A stretch of 64,000 nucleotides of DNA from a virus. Taxonomy: Duplodnaviria; Caudoviricetes. The position numbers and the translations under genes were made by a program. The stretch lies in the IMG/VR virus record IMGVR_UViG_3300005985_000002, positions 4,344-68,343 of that record. One strand, given 5' to 3'. Below the pieces are notes generated by a model that was given only the letters and a program-made list of their open reading frames with translations, ran no database searches and was not told the origin of the DNA. The first letter of the stretch is position 1. Each line of letters opens with the position of its first letter. Positions 1-9,183 of the stretch are shown here, one piece after another.

Positions 1-1
1 C

Positions 2-340
2 CCAGTCGATACGCCGAAGGCGTCCGAAAAACGTACACAAACTTCGGACAAGCCCAAGGCCGGCAAGAAGGAGAAGAAGCTCAGCCACGACGATCTCATG
101 GACTTCTTCGGCAAGTTTTTCGACGTGCCGACAGGCCCGAAGAAGACCAAGCGCATGGACGCCATCGAGAAGGTTCTTGATGTGCTTGGCCATAAGGGCG
201 GGCGCATCCGCGATCTGCCCGAGGACAAGTGGGCTCAGGCCATCGCTTACGCCAAGGAATTTCTCGACAACGGCGAGATCAAATTCCCGGATGCCGACGA
301 AGAAGACGAAGACGAAGAAGATCAGCGCGCGCTGTTCTAA
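2..340 (+). CDS. 5'-truncated hypothetical protein with Lys-rich linker and acidic C-terminus
   Basis: Frame of ORF 98..340 is open to the window edge (PVDTPKASEKR...); ends ADEEDEDEEDQRALF. Confidence 0.7.
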   Translation, partial: PVDTPKASEKRTQTSDKPKAGKKEKKLSHDDLMDFFGKFFDVPTGPKKTKRMDAIEKVLDVLGHKGGRIRDLPEDKWAQAIAYAKEFLDNGEIKFPDADEEDEDEEDQRALF

Positions 341-497
341 CCGAAGGGAAGAAGCGGAGGGGTGTCAACCGGACATCACGGCGATGAAGAAGCGGATCGA
401 TTTTTCCGGTTTCTAATCCGCGCCAACGAAATGGCAGGCGAGCTTTCAACCCGTGCCCCTCCGCTTGTTATACGCTGAATCGCAAAGTGAGTACAAC

Positions 498-698
498 ATG
501 TTGATCTTGCTGCCCTCTTCGACAAGCGCGAATTTGTACGCCTACCGTCGTTGTGACATTCGCGCGGTCAAGCCCAAGCTCGACGCTGACTATCCGAACA
601 CCAAGGCATGCGTCGAATTCGACGGCGGTTCGTTCTTCATGACTTCACTTTCTGTGGAGCAGGTCACGCACTTGGTCAATCAACGCTTGGTCCCCTGA
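498..698 (+). CDS. hypothetical protein (66 aa)
   Basis: ATG 498; TGA overlaps the next ATG (TGATG at 696-700). Confidence 0.6.
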   Translation: MLILLPSSTSANLYAYRRCDIRAVKPKLDADYPNTKACVEFDGGSFFMTSLSVEQVTHLVNQRLVP

Positions 699-1915
699 TG
701 GCTGCGCACGCCCTTCTCTCGCCCTCGTCCGCTCACCGCTGGATGAACTGCCCCGGTTCTGTGGCGGCGGAGAAAGGTTTGCCTGACGAGGAGACGCGAT
801 GGGCGGCGGAGGGAACGGTCGCTCATGATGTGTTCGAATTGGCGTTGAAATTCGGCATCGAGCCGCATTGGCTGATCGGTCAAAAGCGTCGGATCGGCCA
901 GTTCAATATCGAGATCATTGCCGAGATGGCGGACTACCTGCTTCCGATCATCGACGAGATCGAGGGTATCGGCGGCCAGCAATTCTATGAAATGCAGCTT
1001 CGACTCGACAAATGGCTGCCGGCCCAATGGGGCACACTTGACGTTGGTATTCTCACAGACGATTGGGTCATCATCGCTGATCTGAAATACGGGCAAGGCG
1101 TGCCCGTGCATCCCGAAGGGAACGAGCAGCTTCTGATCTATCTTCTTGCGTTCTGCGCCTGGCTGAACGTCCAGGGCGTCAAGATCGGCAATCGTCGGCT
1201 TAAGATCATCATCTACCAGCCTCGCTGTCCCGGAGGCGGCGGCGAGTGGGAGATCAGCTTCAACGATCTCATCGAGTTCGGCAAGAAGGTTCGTCGCGCC
1301 GGCCGGGCCGCGATGAAGCCCAATGCGCCGCTCGTGCCCGGTCGTAAGACCTGCCAGTGGTGCAAGGCCGCGAAGACGAACCCTCCGTGCGCCGCCTACA
1401 GTAAATTCAATCTCGACTTGCTTGGTCTTGAGAAGCTCGGCCCGGAGGACTCCATCGAAATGACCTCGCCTGAAAACATGCGGCCGGAGCATCGCGCTGT
1501 CATTCTCAAGCACCAGCCGATGATTGAGGCCTGGCTCGCGACCCTGCATCAGAACGCGTTGGACGATGCGCTCGCCGGGCGGCCGACACCGGGAATGAAG
1601 GCCGTCTACGGCCGCGCGCCTCACCGCAAATGGAAGAACGAGATCGCTGCGCGCACCTTCCTGGACGGGCTCGGCGTTCATCCGTTCAAGCCGCCGGAGA
1701 CGATCTCGCCGGCCGAAGCAGAAGACGCGTTGAAACAGCTCACGCCCGCACGCACCAAGGAAGGCAAGGCGAAGCGCGCCGCGACGATGGGCAAGCTCGA
1801 CAATCATGTTCAGCATGGCGATCCGAAGCCGATCCTGGTCGCTGACAGCGACAAGCGCGAGGCAATCACCGTTGCGCGCCACGAATTTGAAGACCTAGGA
1901 GCGGAGGACGCATGA
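698..1915 (+). CDS. DUF2800-like Cas4/PD-(D/E)XK exonuclease
   Basis: HALLSPSSAHRWMNCPGS start, GTLDV...IADLKYG nuclease motif, CQWCKA; precedes SSB and PolA as in Chi-like phages. Confidence 0.85.
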   Translation: MAAHALLSPSSAHRWMNCPGSVAAEKGLPDEETRWAAEGTVAHDVFELALKFGIEPHWLIGQKRRIGQFNIEIIAEMADYLLPIIDEIEGIGGQQFYEMQLRLDKWLPAQWGTLDVGILTDDWVIIADLKYGQGVPVHPEGNEQLLIYLLAFCAWLNVQGVKIGNRRLKIIIYQPRCPGGGGEWEISFNDLIEFGKKVRRAGRAAMKPNAPLVPGRKTCQWCKAAKTNPPCAAYSKFNLDLLGLEKLGPEDSIEMTSPENMRPEHRAVILKHQPMIEAWLATLHQNALDDALAGRPTPGMKAVYGRAPHRKWKNEIAARTFLDGLGVHPFKPPETISPAEAEDALKQLTPARTKEGKAKRAATMGKLDNHVQHGDPKPILVADSDKREAITVARHEFEDLGAEDA

Positions 1916-2112
1916 TGTGGCGGTTCAGGCTTTTCATGTTCATGCTCACCGGCGCCTGGATGCTGGCGGCATGCGGCTATACGACAGCGACCGTTCGTGT
2001 CGCGCAAAACCACGCCCTGCGCCGACCGGAGGCCCCGAGCGGGCCTTTCTGTTGCGATTGTAAGCTTTTACGCAACAATCGAGCATCATGTTCTCAATGG
2101 AGCACTGCATGA
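1912..2112 (+). CDS. possible small lipoprotein
   Basis: ATGA overlap with upstream stop; hydrophobic N-terminus ending in LAAC lipobox; 3' end runs through a regulatory motif. Confidence 0.35.
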   Translation: MMWRFRLFMFMLTGAWMLAACGYTTATVRVAQNHALRRPEAPSGPFCCDCKLLRNNRASCSQWSTA

Positions 2113-2855
2113 CCACCAAGAAGAAAACCAATCGCATCGCCCGCACTGTGCGGCTGAAGGACGTTCGTCTGTCTTTCCCGGCCCTGTGGCGCGCCCGCGA
2201 GAGGGAGAACGACAAAGGCGAGATCACGAAGAAGTTCGAGGCCGCCTTTCTGATCGACCGCGAAAACGACAAGAACGGCAACATCAGGGCCATCGAGACG
2301 GCGGTCGATGAAATCCTGGATGAGGCCGGTTTCGACCGGGAAGACCTCGGCAAGGACCGCCTGCCCCTGCAACGCGGAGACCGGAAGGAGTATGACGGCT
2401 ATGGTCCCGGCATCTCGTTCATATCCGCGAAGAACTCTCGCCGGCCCCAAGTGGTCGACCGCGATCTGTCTCCGCTGACCGAAGACGATGAGAAGCCCTA
2501 TGCTGGCTGCTACGTCAACGCGACGATCACGCTGGTTTGGTACGAGAACAAGAAGAAGAACCACGTCTCGCGGATCATCGCTTCGCTTGAAGCGGTGCAG
2601 TATCTGCGCAAGGGCGACGGCTTCGGCGCCAGCAGCGTGGATGTCAACGAGGAGTTTCAAGACCTCGGCGACGAGGACGGTGACGATGAGTCCACCCGCC
2701 GCCGCTCGCGCGATAAAGACGAGGATGACCGTTCGTCTTCTCGTCGTAAGCATAAACGCAACAATGACGACGATGAAGACGATGATCGCGGCTCGCGCCG
2801 CTCGTCCCGCTCTTCTCGCCGTGATGAAGACGAGGATGACCGTGACCTCGTCTAG
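2109..2855 (+). CDS. DUF2815 / Enc34-type single-stranded DNA-binding protein
   Basis: VRLSFPALW, PYAGCYVNATI, SLEAVQYLRKGDGFG motifs; long D/E/R/S-rich tail; GGAG RBS. Confidence 0.85.
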   Translation: MTTKKKTNRIARTVRLKDVRLSFPALWRARERENDKGEITKKFEAAFLIDRENDKNGNIRAIETAVDEILDEAGFDREDLGKDRLPLQRGDRKEYDGYGPGISFISAKNSRRPQVVDRDLSPLTEDDEKPYAGCYVNATITLVWYENKKKNHVSRIIASLEAVQYLRKGDGFGASSVDVNEEFQDLGDEDGDDESTRRRSRDKDEDDRSSSRRKHKRNNDDDEDDDRGSRRSSRSSRRDEDEDDRDLV

Positions 2856-2871
2856 CGGCGTCTTCTGCCCG

Positions 2872-3060
2872 ATGACAGCAGCCTCGCCCTTTAACCGGGG
2901 CGAGGTACTGTATGACTGTGCATATGCGAGCTTCGAGGAATTCCGCGCGCATTGTGCTGACAAACAGGCCGCATACGCCGCGTACCGCCGCGCCTGGTGG
3001 GAAGCCAATGTCCGCGAAATCGTCCCCCCACATCTTGCCAAGCCGGGGCGGCCGAGATGA
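2872..3060 (+). CDS. hypothetical protein (62 aa)
   Basis: Fills the SSB-HicA gap; ATGA coupling to the next gene. Confidence 0.5.
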   Translation: MTAASPFNRGEVLYDCAYASFEEFRAHCADKQAAYAAYRRAWWEANVREIVPPHLAKPGRPR

Positions 3061-3269
3061 GGAAGGACGTAAGGCAGCATATCGAACGCGCCAAAGCTGA
3101 TGGCTGGGAGTATGTTGGCCTAACCGGCAGGGATCATCACAAGCTCCGTTGCACTCGCACAGGCGCTATCGTGTTCTGCTCGGCGACGCCGTCCGATCCG
3201 CGCGCCTTGAAGAACAATCTCAACGACATGAAGCGCGCGCGCATGCAGGCTCTGGCCCGCGGCAAATGA
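3057..3269 (+). CDS. HicA-like (dsRBD-fold) protein
   Basis: GWEYVGLTGRDHHKLR...VFCSATPSDPRALKN pattern, 70 aa. Confidence 0.6.
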   Translation: MRKDVRQHIERAKADGWEYVGLTGRDHHKLRCTRTGAIVFCSATPSDPRALKNNLNDMKRARMQALARGK

Positions 3270-5344
3270 CCCGTCTCTTTGTCGATTTCGAGACGTTCAG
3301 TGAGGCCGACCTGCGCAAGTGCGGCCTGGACCGCTATTCTCGCGATCCGTCCACGGAAGCCCTGATGCTGGCTTTCGCGTTTGACAGCGAAGCCGTGCAG
3401 CAATGGGTCCCTGCCGAGGGCCAGAAGATGCCGCGCGACCTTAAGGACGCGCTGCGCGATTCGGCCATCATCAAGAGCGCATGGAACGCACAGTTCGAGA
3501 AGCACATCTTTAAAAACGTGCTCGACATGGGCATCCCTCACACGCAGTGGCGGTGCTCGATGGTTCTAGCCCTGACGTTGAGCTTTCCCGGCGCCCTCGA
3601 TAAGGTAGGCAACATCATCGGTCTGCCGAATGACAAGAAGAAGGACGGGCGCGGCAAGTCGCTGATCCGACTCTTTTGCACACCGCAGAAGATAACGAAG
3701 AAGCGCGGATATTCGCGCGTCACCCATTTCACCGAGCCCGACAAATGGGAAGAGTTTAAGCACTACAATCGCCAGGACATCGAAGCCGAGCGCGCGATCT
3801 GGCGCCGTCTGCGTAAATGGGACCTGCCGGACGATGAGTGGGCCTTCTGGCATCTTGACCAGACCATCAACCAGCGCGGCATTCCCATCAACGAGGCCGT
3901 TGTCAACAATGCACTGCGCGTCGCCGAGCATGCGCGCGCGATCCGTTACGAAGAGATGCGCAGGCTAACTGGCCTGGAGAATCCGCGCAGCGTGGTTAGT
4001 CTGCTCACTTGGCTTCGCCAGCACGGCTATCGTTTCCACGACCTCAAGGCCGGCCACGTCAAACGCGAGATCGAATCGATGGAAGGCCAGGAGGGCTTTC
4101 TGTCGAGCGAAGAAAAGAATGTGCTGCGCGTCCTCCAGCTCCGCTCGGAAGTCGCGAAGACCTCCGTCGACAAATATGCTGCGCTTGACCGTGCGATGGA
4201 CCGCGATAGCGGTGTGATCCGTAACTGCTTTCAGTTCGCCGGCGCCGGGCGCACCTGGCGTTTCGCCGGGCGGCTCTATCAGGCGCAGAATCTGGCGAAG
4301 CCGCCGCCAGCCTGGGAGAAGCCCGAAAAACTCATCGAGGTTGTGACTGATCTTGAACGCATGCCCCCGGTTGAGATTGAGCGTAAGTACAAAGCGCCCC
4401 TCGGTCCCATGGAAGTCCTGTCGGCCTGTGTGCGCCCTGTCGTCCAGGCGCCGAAGGGCATGGTGTTCGTCGATGCCGATCTCAACGCCATTGAAAATCG
4501 CGTGCTTGGCTGGCTCGCCAACGATGAGAAGATTCTTGATGTCTTCCACAAGGATCGCGATCCCTATATCGATTTTGCGACTTACATGTTCGAGCGCCCG
4601 TATGAAGAGCTGTTCGCCGAATTCAAAGCGGGCGACAAGTCCAAGCGGACGACGGCCAAGCCCGGCGTGCTCGGCTGCGGCTACATGCTTGGCGCCGGCG
4701 GGGAATTCGAGAATGAGGACACCGGCGAGATCGAGGCCACGGGTCTGCTGGGCTACGCCTGGAACATGGGCATAAGGCAGTTCACTCTCGAACAATCGAA
4801 GCTATCGGTCGAAGTGTGGCGCAAGACATACGAGCGGACCGTCGAGTTCTGGTACGAAATCGAAGACGCCATGAAGGCGTGCATCCGCACGGGCAAGGAG
4901 ACCGATTGCGGCGTCATCGGTTTCGACCGTTCCGGGCCGTTTCTGCGCATGCACCTGCCGTCCGGCCGGGCGCTGCATTACTGCCGTCCGCGGATCGAGA
5001 AGCGGATGATGCCGTGGGGCAAGGAGAAGTGGGTCATCGTCTACCAGGGTCTTAACGACCGCAACCAGTGGACCGAAATTCAAACCCATCCAGGCAAGGT
5101 TACCGAGAACGCCGATCAGGCGATCTCTCGGGACGTGCTCAAGCACGGCATGGAGAACGCCGAGCGCGAGGGCCTGCGGCTGCGCTTGCACGTGCATGAC
5201 CAACTCGCTGCTCTCGTCGGGGAGAATCAAGCCCAGCGGAAGCTGAAACTGCTGATCGAGTGCATGTCAGATCGGCCGCCATGGGCAAAGACCCTGCCGT
5301 TGAAGGCCTCAGGGACGATCAACCGCTACTTCATGAAGGACTAG
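3266..5344 (+). CDS. polA: family A DNA polymerase with 3'-5' exonuclease domain
   Basis: ExoI DFET; motif A DLNAIENR; motif B RTTAKPGVLGCGY; motif C VHDQ. Confidence 0.95.
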   Translation: MTRLFVDFETFSEADLRKCGLDRYSRDPSTEALMLAFAFDSEAVQQWVPAEGQKMPRDLKDALRDSAIIKSAWNAQFEKHIFKNVLDMGIPHTQWRCSMVLALTLSFPGALDKVGNIIGLPNDKKKDGRGKSLIRLFCTPQKITKKRGYSRVTHFTEPDKWEEFKHYNRQDIEAERAIWRRLRKWDLPDDEWAFWHLDQTINQRGIPINEAVVNNALRVAEHARAIRYEEMRRLTGLENPRSVVSLLTWLRQHGYRFHDLKAGHVKREIESMEGQEGFLSSEEKNVLRVLQLRSEVAKTSVDKYAALDRAMDRDSGVIRNCFQFAGAGRTWRFAGRLYQAQNLAKPPPAWEKPEKLIEVVTDLERMPPVEIERKYKAPLGPMEVLSACVRPVVQAPKGMVFVDADLNAIENRVLGWLANDEKILDVFHKDRDPYIDFATYMFERPYEELFAEFKAGDKSKRTTAKPGVLGCGYMLGAGGEFENEDTGEIEATGLLGYAWNMGIRQFTLEQSKLSVEVWRKTYERTVEFWYEIEDAMKACIRTGKETDCGVIGFDRSGPFLRMHLPSGRALHYCRPRIEKRMMPWGKEKWVIVYQGLNDRNQWTEIQTHPGKVTENADQAISRDVLKHGMENAEREGLRLRLHVHDQLAALVGENQAQRKLKLLIECMSDRPPWAKTLPLKASGTINRYFMKD

Positions 5345-5346
5345 GC

Positions 5347-5664
5347 ATGGCGCGCGAAGCATCGCTGGAGGAGATCGGCAACGCATACGCCGAGGCAAAA
5401 GGCTGGTCGCAGCGCAAGACCGTCTATGCCGGCGTGCGCGGCGCTCCGGATCGCCATTACTACCGCTGGAAGTTTGTGCTCCTGGTGGAGTGGAAGCGGC
5501 CAGGGGAAACCCCCAGCGCGATTCAGCAGAAGGAGCATGAGAGGCTGAGCCGGAGCGGGACGCAGGTTCATGTCATCGATAACCTCGACGAGTTCAAGCG
5601 CTTGATCGACCGGCATAATGTGCTGATCGAGGACTGCATCCGTGCCCTCCGCTCGCAACCTTAA
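5347..5664 (+). CDS. VRR-NUC domain nuclease
   Basis: GAPDR...LVEWKRPGETPSAIQQKEHERL...VHVID; position between PolA and SNF2. Confidence 0.85.
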   Translation: MAREASLEEIGNAYAEAKGWSQRKTVYAGVRGAPDRHYYRWKFVLLVEWKRPGETPSAIQQKEHERLSRSGTQVHVIDNLDEFKRLIDRHNVLIEDCIRALRSQP

Positions 5665-7276
5665 GACGCGCGCCGATCTGCGCAGGGCTCAGCTCTGGGC
5701 GACGACGTGCTTGAAGCGTCCTTGGTCTAAGGGCGACGATTGGATTCCCGGCGTGATCCTGGCCTGGGATATGGGCGCCGGAAAAACTGCCGCCGTTCTT
5801 TTTGCTCTGCTCGATCTTTACGCCGAAAAGATCATTCCCGCACATCGCAAGGTGCTGATCGTAGCGCCGAAGCTTGTGGCGCAAACGACGTGGCCTGATG
5901 AGATCGAGGAGGAATGGGAAGAGCTTCGCGCCTTCTCCTACGAAGTGCTTCGCGCCGAAGACGACGATCCGCGTGTGTTGCTGTTCAATGATCTCGAATA
6001 TGCGCGCATAAAGCATCAATCGCCGATACTTTCGGCGCAAGTTTCCGATCTCGATGGATACGGGCGCCTTATCCGCCGGCTTGCGGCCGAAGATGCGCGG
6101 CGTGAGGCTGACCGGGCGACGACCGAATTCAAGACCGAGCTGCGCCGGCGCCTTGCCCAGTCGCCGGCCCGTCTGCACATCATCAACAAGGAGGGTCTTG
6201 CCTGGCTTTGGGACTATTATCAGACCACCAAAACGAAATGGCCCTATGAAGTCCTGGTGGTCGATGAAGCCTCAATGCTTAAGGGCGGCGTCCATCGCGT
6301 TAAGAGGGACAAGAACCTCAAGCGGCGCGGGCCGGCGCCGTTGTCGCGCTTCGGCATCGTCGCGAAGATGGCCGCGCTGTGTAAAACCGTATTCGAGATG
6401 ACTGGAACGCCTGCGCCCAACGGCATTCGCAACCTCTTCGGCCTGCTCTATCCAATCGATTTCGGCGAACGCCTGGAAAAAAGCAAAGCCCGGTTCAATA
6501 AGCGCTGGTTCGTTCACGAACAATACACCCACAAGTGGCATCCCAAACCCGGCGCCGAAGCCGAGATCATGTCGCGCATCAAAGACGTCATGTTCTCGCT
6601 CGGCCCGGATGACTACCCCAAACTGCCAGGCGGCGCTCCCGTGCCGGTCATTCGCAAGGTGCCTCTGTCGCCTGATGTGTTGGAACAGTACGAACGCTTC
6701 GCTCGCGAAGCCGTTTCGGAGGATTATGATGTTGAAGCAGTCAATGCCGGCGTGTTGTATGGCAAGCTTCTCCAGTTCGCCAACGGCTCGATGTATCGTG
6801 AGGACGGACACGATGTTCATATCCACGACGCGAAGCTGGACATGCTGGAACAGCTCGTGGAGGAGCTGGAAGATGAGCCGCTCTTCGTCGCCTACTCGTT
6901 CGAATTCGACAAGGTGCGGATCAAGAAACGCTTTCCGCACGCCGTCATTCTCGATGAGGGCGATCCGCGCGACATCAAGCGGCGCTGGAACGCCGGTCAG
7001 ATCAAGATGCTGTTGGCGCATCCGTTGTCCGCAGGTCATGGTCTCAATTTCCAGCATGGCGGCCATCATGCCGTGTGGTACGGGCTTACGGCCGATCTGG
7101 AGCTGTTCTTGCAATTCAACAAGCGTTTGTCCCGCCCGGGTCAGACCCATCCGGTATGGCTTCACATCATCATTGCGGAGGACACCAAGGATGAGGAAAT
7201 CATCCCGATCTACCTCAACCCGAAACAGGAGACGCAAAATCGTATTCTCGAAGCTGTAAGGGTGGTTGACTTGTAA
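5642..7276 (+). CDS. SNF2-like superfamily 2 helicase
   Basis: DMGAGKT (Walker A), VVDEAS (Walker B), MTGTP, GHGLNFQ, QFNKRLSRPGQ. Confidence 0.9.
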   Translation: MPSARNLKTRADLRRAQLWATTCLKRPWSKGDDWIPGVILAWDMGAGKTAAVLFALLDLYAEKIIPAHRKVLIVAPKLVAQTTWPDEIEEEWEELRAFSYEVLRAEDDDPRVLLFNDLEYARIKHQSPILSAQVSDLDGYGRLIRRLAAEDARREADRATTEFKTELRRRLAQSPARLHIINKEGLAWLWDYYQTTKTKWPYEVLVVDEASMLKGGVHRVKRDKNLKRRGPAPLSRFGIVAKMAALCKTVFEMTGTPAPNGIRNLFGLLYPIDFGERLEKSKARFNKRWFVHEQYTHKWHPKPGAEAEIMSRIKDVMFSLGPDDYPKLPGGAPVPVIRKVPLSPDVLEQYERFAREAVSEDYDVEAVNAGVLYGKLLQFANGSMYREDGHDVHIHDAKLDMLEQLVEELEDEPLFVAYSFEFDKVRIKKRFPHAVILDEGDPRDIKRRWNAGQIKMLLAHPLSAGHGLNFQHGGHHAVWYGLTADLELFLQFNKRLSRPGQTHPVWLHIIIAEDTKDEEIIPIYLNPKQETQNRILEAVRVVDL

Positions 7277-7332
7277 GCTTTTACGCAATATCTCAACTTT
7301 TTGGTGACAAATTCCAACGGAGGGTTAACGAC

Positions 7333-8049
7333 ATGTCTCTAACTGCAACGAAAGACAATTTCAGGCCAACGCTCCGAGACAAGGACAAAGGCCACGGCGA
7401 GCGCATCCTACAGGCCCTGCGAGCCCATCCGCGCGCGCCCGAGGGGCGGGGCGAGCAGGTCTGGCTGATCCGCGAGCTGAAAGCCCAGAGGGGCTACGAG
7501 GTTTCCCGGACGACCGTCTCGCGATGGCTCGAAAGCACCGTGATGCCGAGCCCGGAAGCCATGGAGCATCTTTCGGCCGTGCTCAACGTGCCTGTCGTAT
7601 ATCTGGCTTACGGCCATCTGCCGGACCAGACCGACGCCGAGCGCAAGGCCCGAGGGATCGCCGTAGAGGGCGCCCTTAATCTTGTCGCCGGCTTTCTTGC
7701 CGTCGCCGGCGCCAAGCCGACCTTCCCGAAAGACAACAGAGACTACGATGTCGGCGCCGTCATCAAGGCGCACAATTACCGTTTCCGTGTCGCCCTGGCC
7801 AGCCAGCACGGCGAATATCTCCGCTTCCGGCTGCCGCTCAAGATTGAAGACGATGTCATCTGCATCGGGGTTGTTCCCAAGGGCGCTTTCTCAGTCGACC
7901 TGGTCGAGCTGTCGCCGGAGATGGTCGCCAAACACGGAAAACAGGACGGGGTTCAGATCGAAGTCTCTATGAAGCCGGCCGAGCGGGGCCTGTATGCGTC
8001 CCGAGGCGAGACATGGCGAAGGATTGTCAACTTCCAAGAACGCATATAG
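7333..8049 (+). CDS. XRE/Cro-type HTH transcriptional regulator with extra C-terminal domain
   Basis: VSRTTVSRWLESTVMPSPEAMEHLSAVLNVPVVYLAYG is a typical XRE HTH. Confidence 0.75.
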   Translation: MSLTATKDNFRPTLRDKDKGHGERILQALRAHPRAPEGRGEQVWLIRELKAQRGYEVSRTTVSRWLESTVMPSPEAMEHLSAVLNVPVVYLAYGHLPDQTDAERKARGIAVEGALNLVAGFLAVAGAKPTFPKDNRDYDVGAVIKAHNYRFRVALASQHGEYLRFRLPLKIEDDVICIGVVPKGAFSVDLVELSPEMVAKHGKQDGVQIEVSMKPAERGLYASRGETWRRIVNFQERI

Positions 8050-8126
8050 TTCTGCTCCTCTATCCTTGTCGCTCTCTGTCCCTTTAGCCCGCTGGCGCGG
8101 CATTTGCATTATTCCGGTCAACGGAG

Positions 8127-8843
8127 ATGCTGATGCCGCGCCAGATGCGTTTACTGGACCTGTTCTGCTGCGCCGGGGGCGCCTCTGTCGGCTATTCGCG
8201 GGCCGGTTTTGAGGTCGTCGGCGTCGATAAGGCGCCCCAGCCCAACTATCCGTTCGAATTTATTCAGCGCAACGCGCTCACGATGGACCCCGCATGGATC
8301 GGGCGCGAGTTTGATGCCGTGCATGCCAGCCCGCCTTGCCAATTCGGGTCCGCGCTGAGCAACGCCCACAACGCCAAGCGCGGTCATCGCAACCTTATCC
8401 CGGCGACGCGCCGGCTGCTCAAGGCGACAGGATTGCCTTACATCATCGAGAACGTCGAAGCCGTTGCCCGCGCCGGCCATCTGATCGACCCGATCATGCT
8501 GTGCGGGACGATGTTCGATCTTGGAACCAACGGATGCGAGTTGCAGCGTCACCGTTATTTTGAGAGCAATGTCAGCTTATCCGCGACAAGGTTCTGCGCC
8601 CATAGCGGCGGGCCTGTCGTCGGCGTCTATGGCGGCCATGCCCGTGTCCGGTCCGCCAGGCACGGTGGACGTGGAACACGCGATGCCTGGCCGCGCGGCC
8701 ACCGAGCGGCTGCGGCCGAGGCGATGGGCATAACCTGGGCGACGCTTGCGGAATTGAGCGAGGCCATTCCGCCGGACTATACTGAGTTTCTCGGCCGTCA
8801 ACTGGTACAAAATATATCGCTTCGGCGGGCTCGGGCTCAATGA
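8127..8843 (+). CDS. C5 cytosine DNA methyltransferase (short phage type)
   Basis: Motif I LDLFCCAGG, IV SPPCQ, VI ENV, VIII QRHRYF. Confidence 0.85.
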   Translation: MLMPRQMRLLDLFCCAGGASVGYSRAGFEVVGVDKAPQPNYPFEFIQRNALTMDPAWIGREFDAVHASPPCQFGSALSNAHNAKRGHRNLIPATRRLLKATGLPYIIENVEAVARAGHLIDPIMLCGTMFDLGTNGCELQRHRYFESNVSLSATRFCAHSGGPVVGVYGGHARVRSARHGGRGTRDAWPRGHRAAAAEAMGITWATLAELSEAIPPDYTEFLGRQLVQNISLRRARAQ

Positions 8844-8986
8844 ACAGAGTGCTCAACATCATCTTGCAGCTTTCCATCATTTCCGCTTGCTTCGCCGTGA
8901 CCTGCGCCGGCTTCGGCGTTCTGATCGTGGCGAGCGACGTTCACAAGTTGCTTGGCCTCGTAGCGCTCGCGGAGCTTTTGCGCTGA
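8840..8986 (+). CDS. small membrane protein (48 aa; not in ORF track)
   Basis: MNRVLNIILQLSIISACFAVTCAGFGVLIVASDVHKLLGLVALAELLR; stop/start overlaps at both ends. Confidence 0.55.
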   Translation: MNRVLNIILQLSIISACFAVTCAGFGVLIVASDVHKLLGLVALAELLR

Positions 8987-9183
8987 TGCCGTCCGGCCCG
9001 CCCGAACTCCACAGGAAGTGGAAGTCCGACTCGAATGCGATCCGGTTCTTGGAAGCGCGGGGCTGGAAGCTAACGCGAAAATGGGAGTGGGTTGCTCCGC
9101 TTGGTCGAAGTCCGGAGTCTGAAGAGTACGAGGCTATCAACTACCTCATCCTTGAATGGGACTTCGGGGGCGTATGCGAATGA
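8986..9183 (+). CDS. hypothetical protein (65 aa)
   Basis: TGATG and ATGA coupling on both sides. Confidence 0.6.
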   Translation: MPSGPPELHRKWKSDSNAIRFLEARGWKLTRKWEWVAPLGRSPESEEYEAINYLILEWDFGGVCE

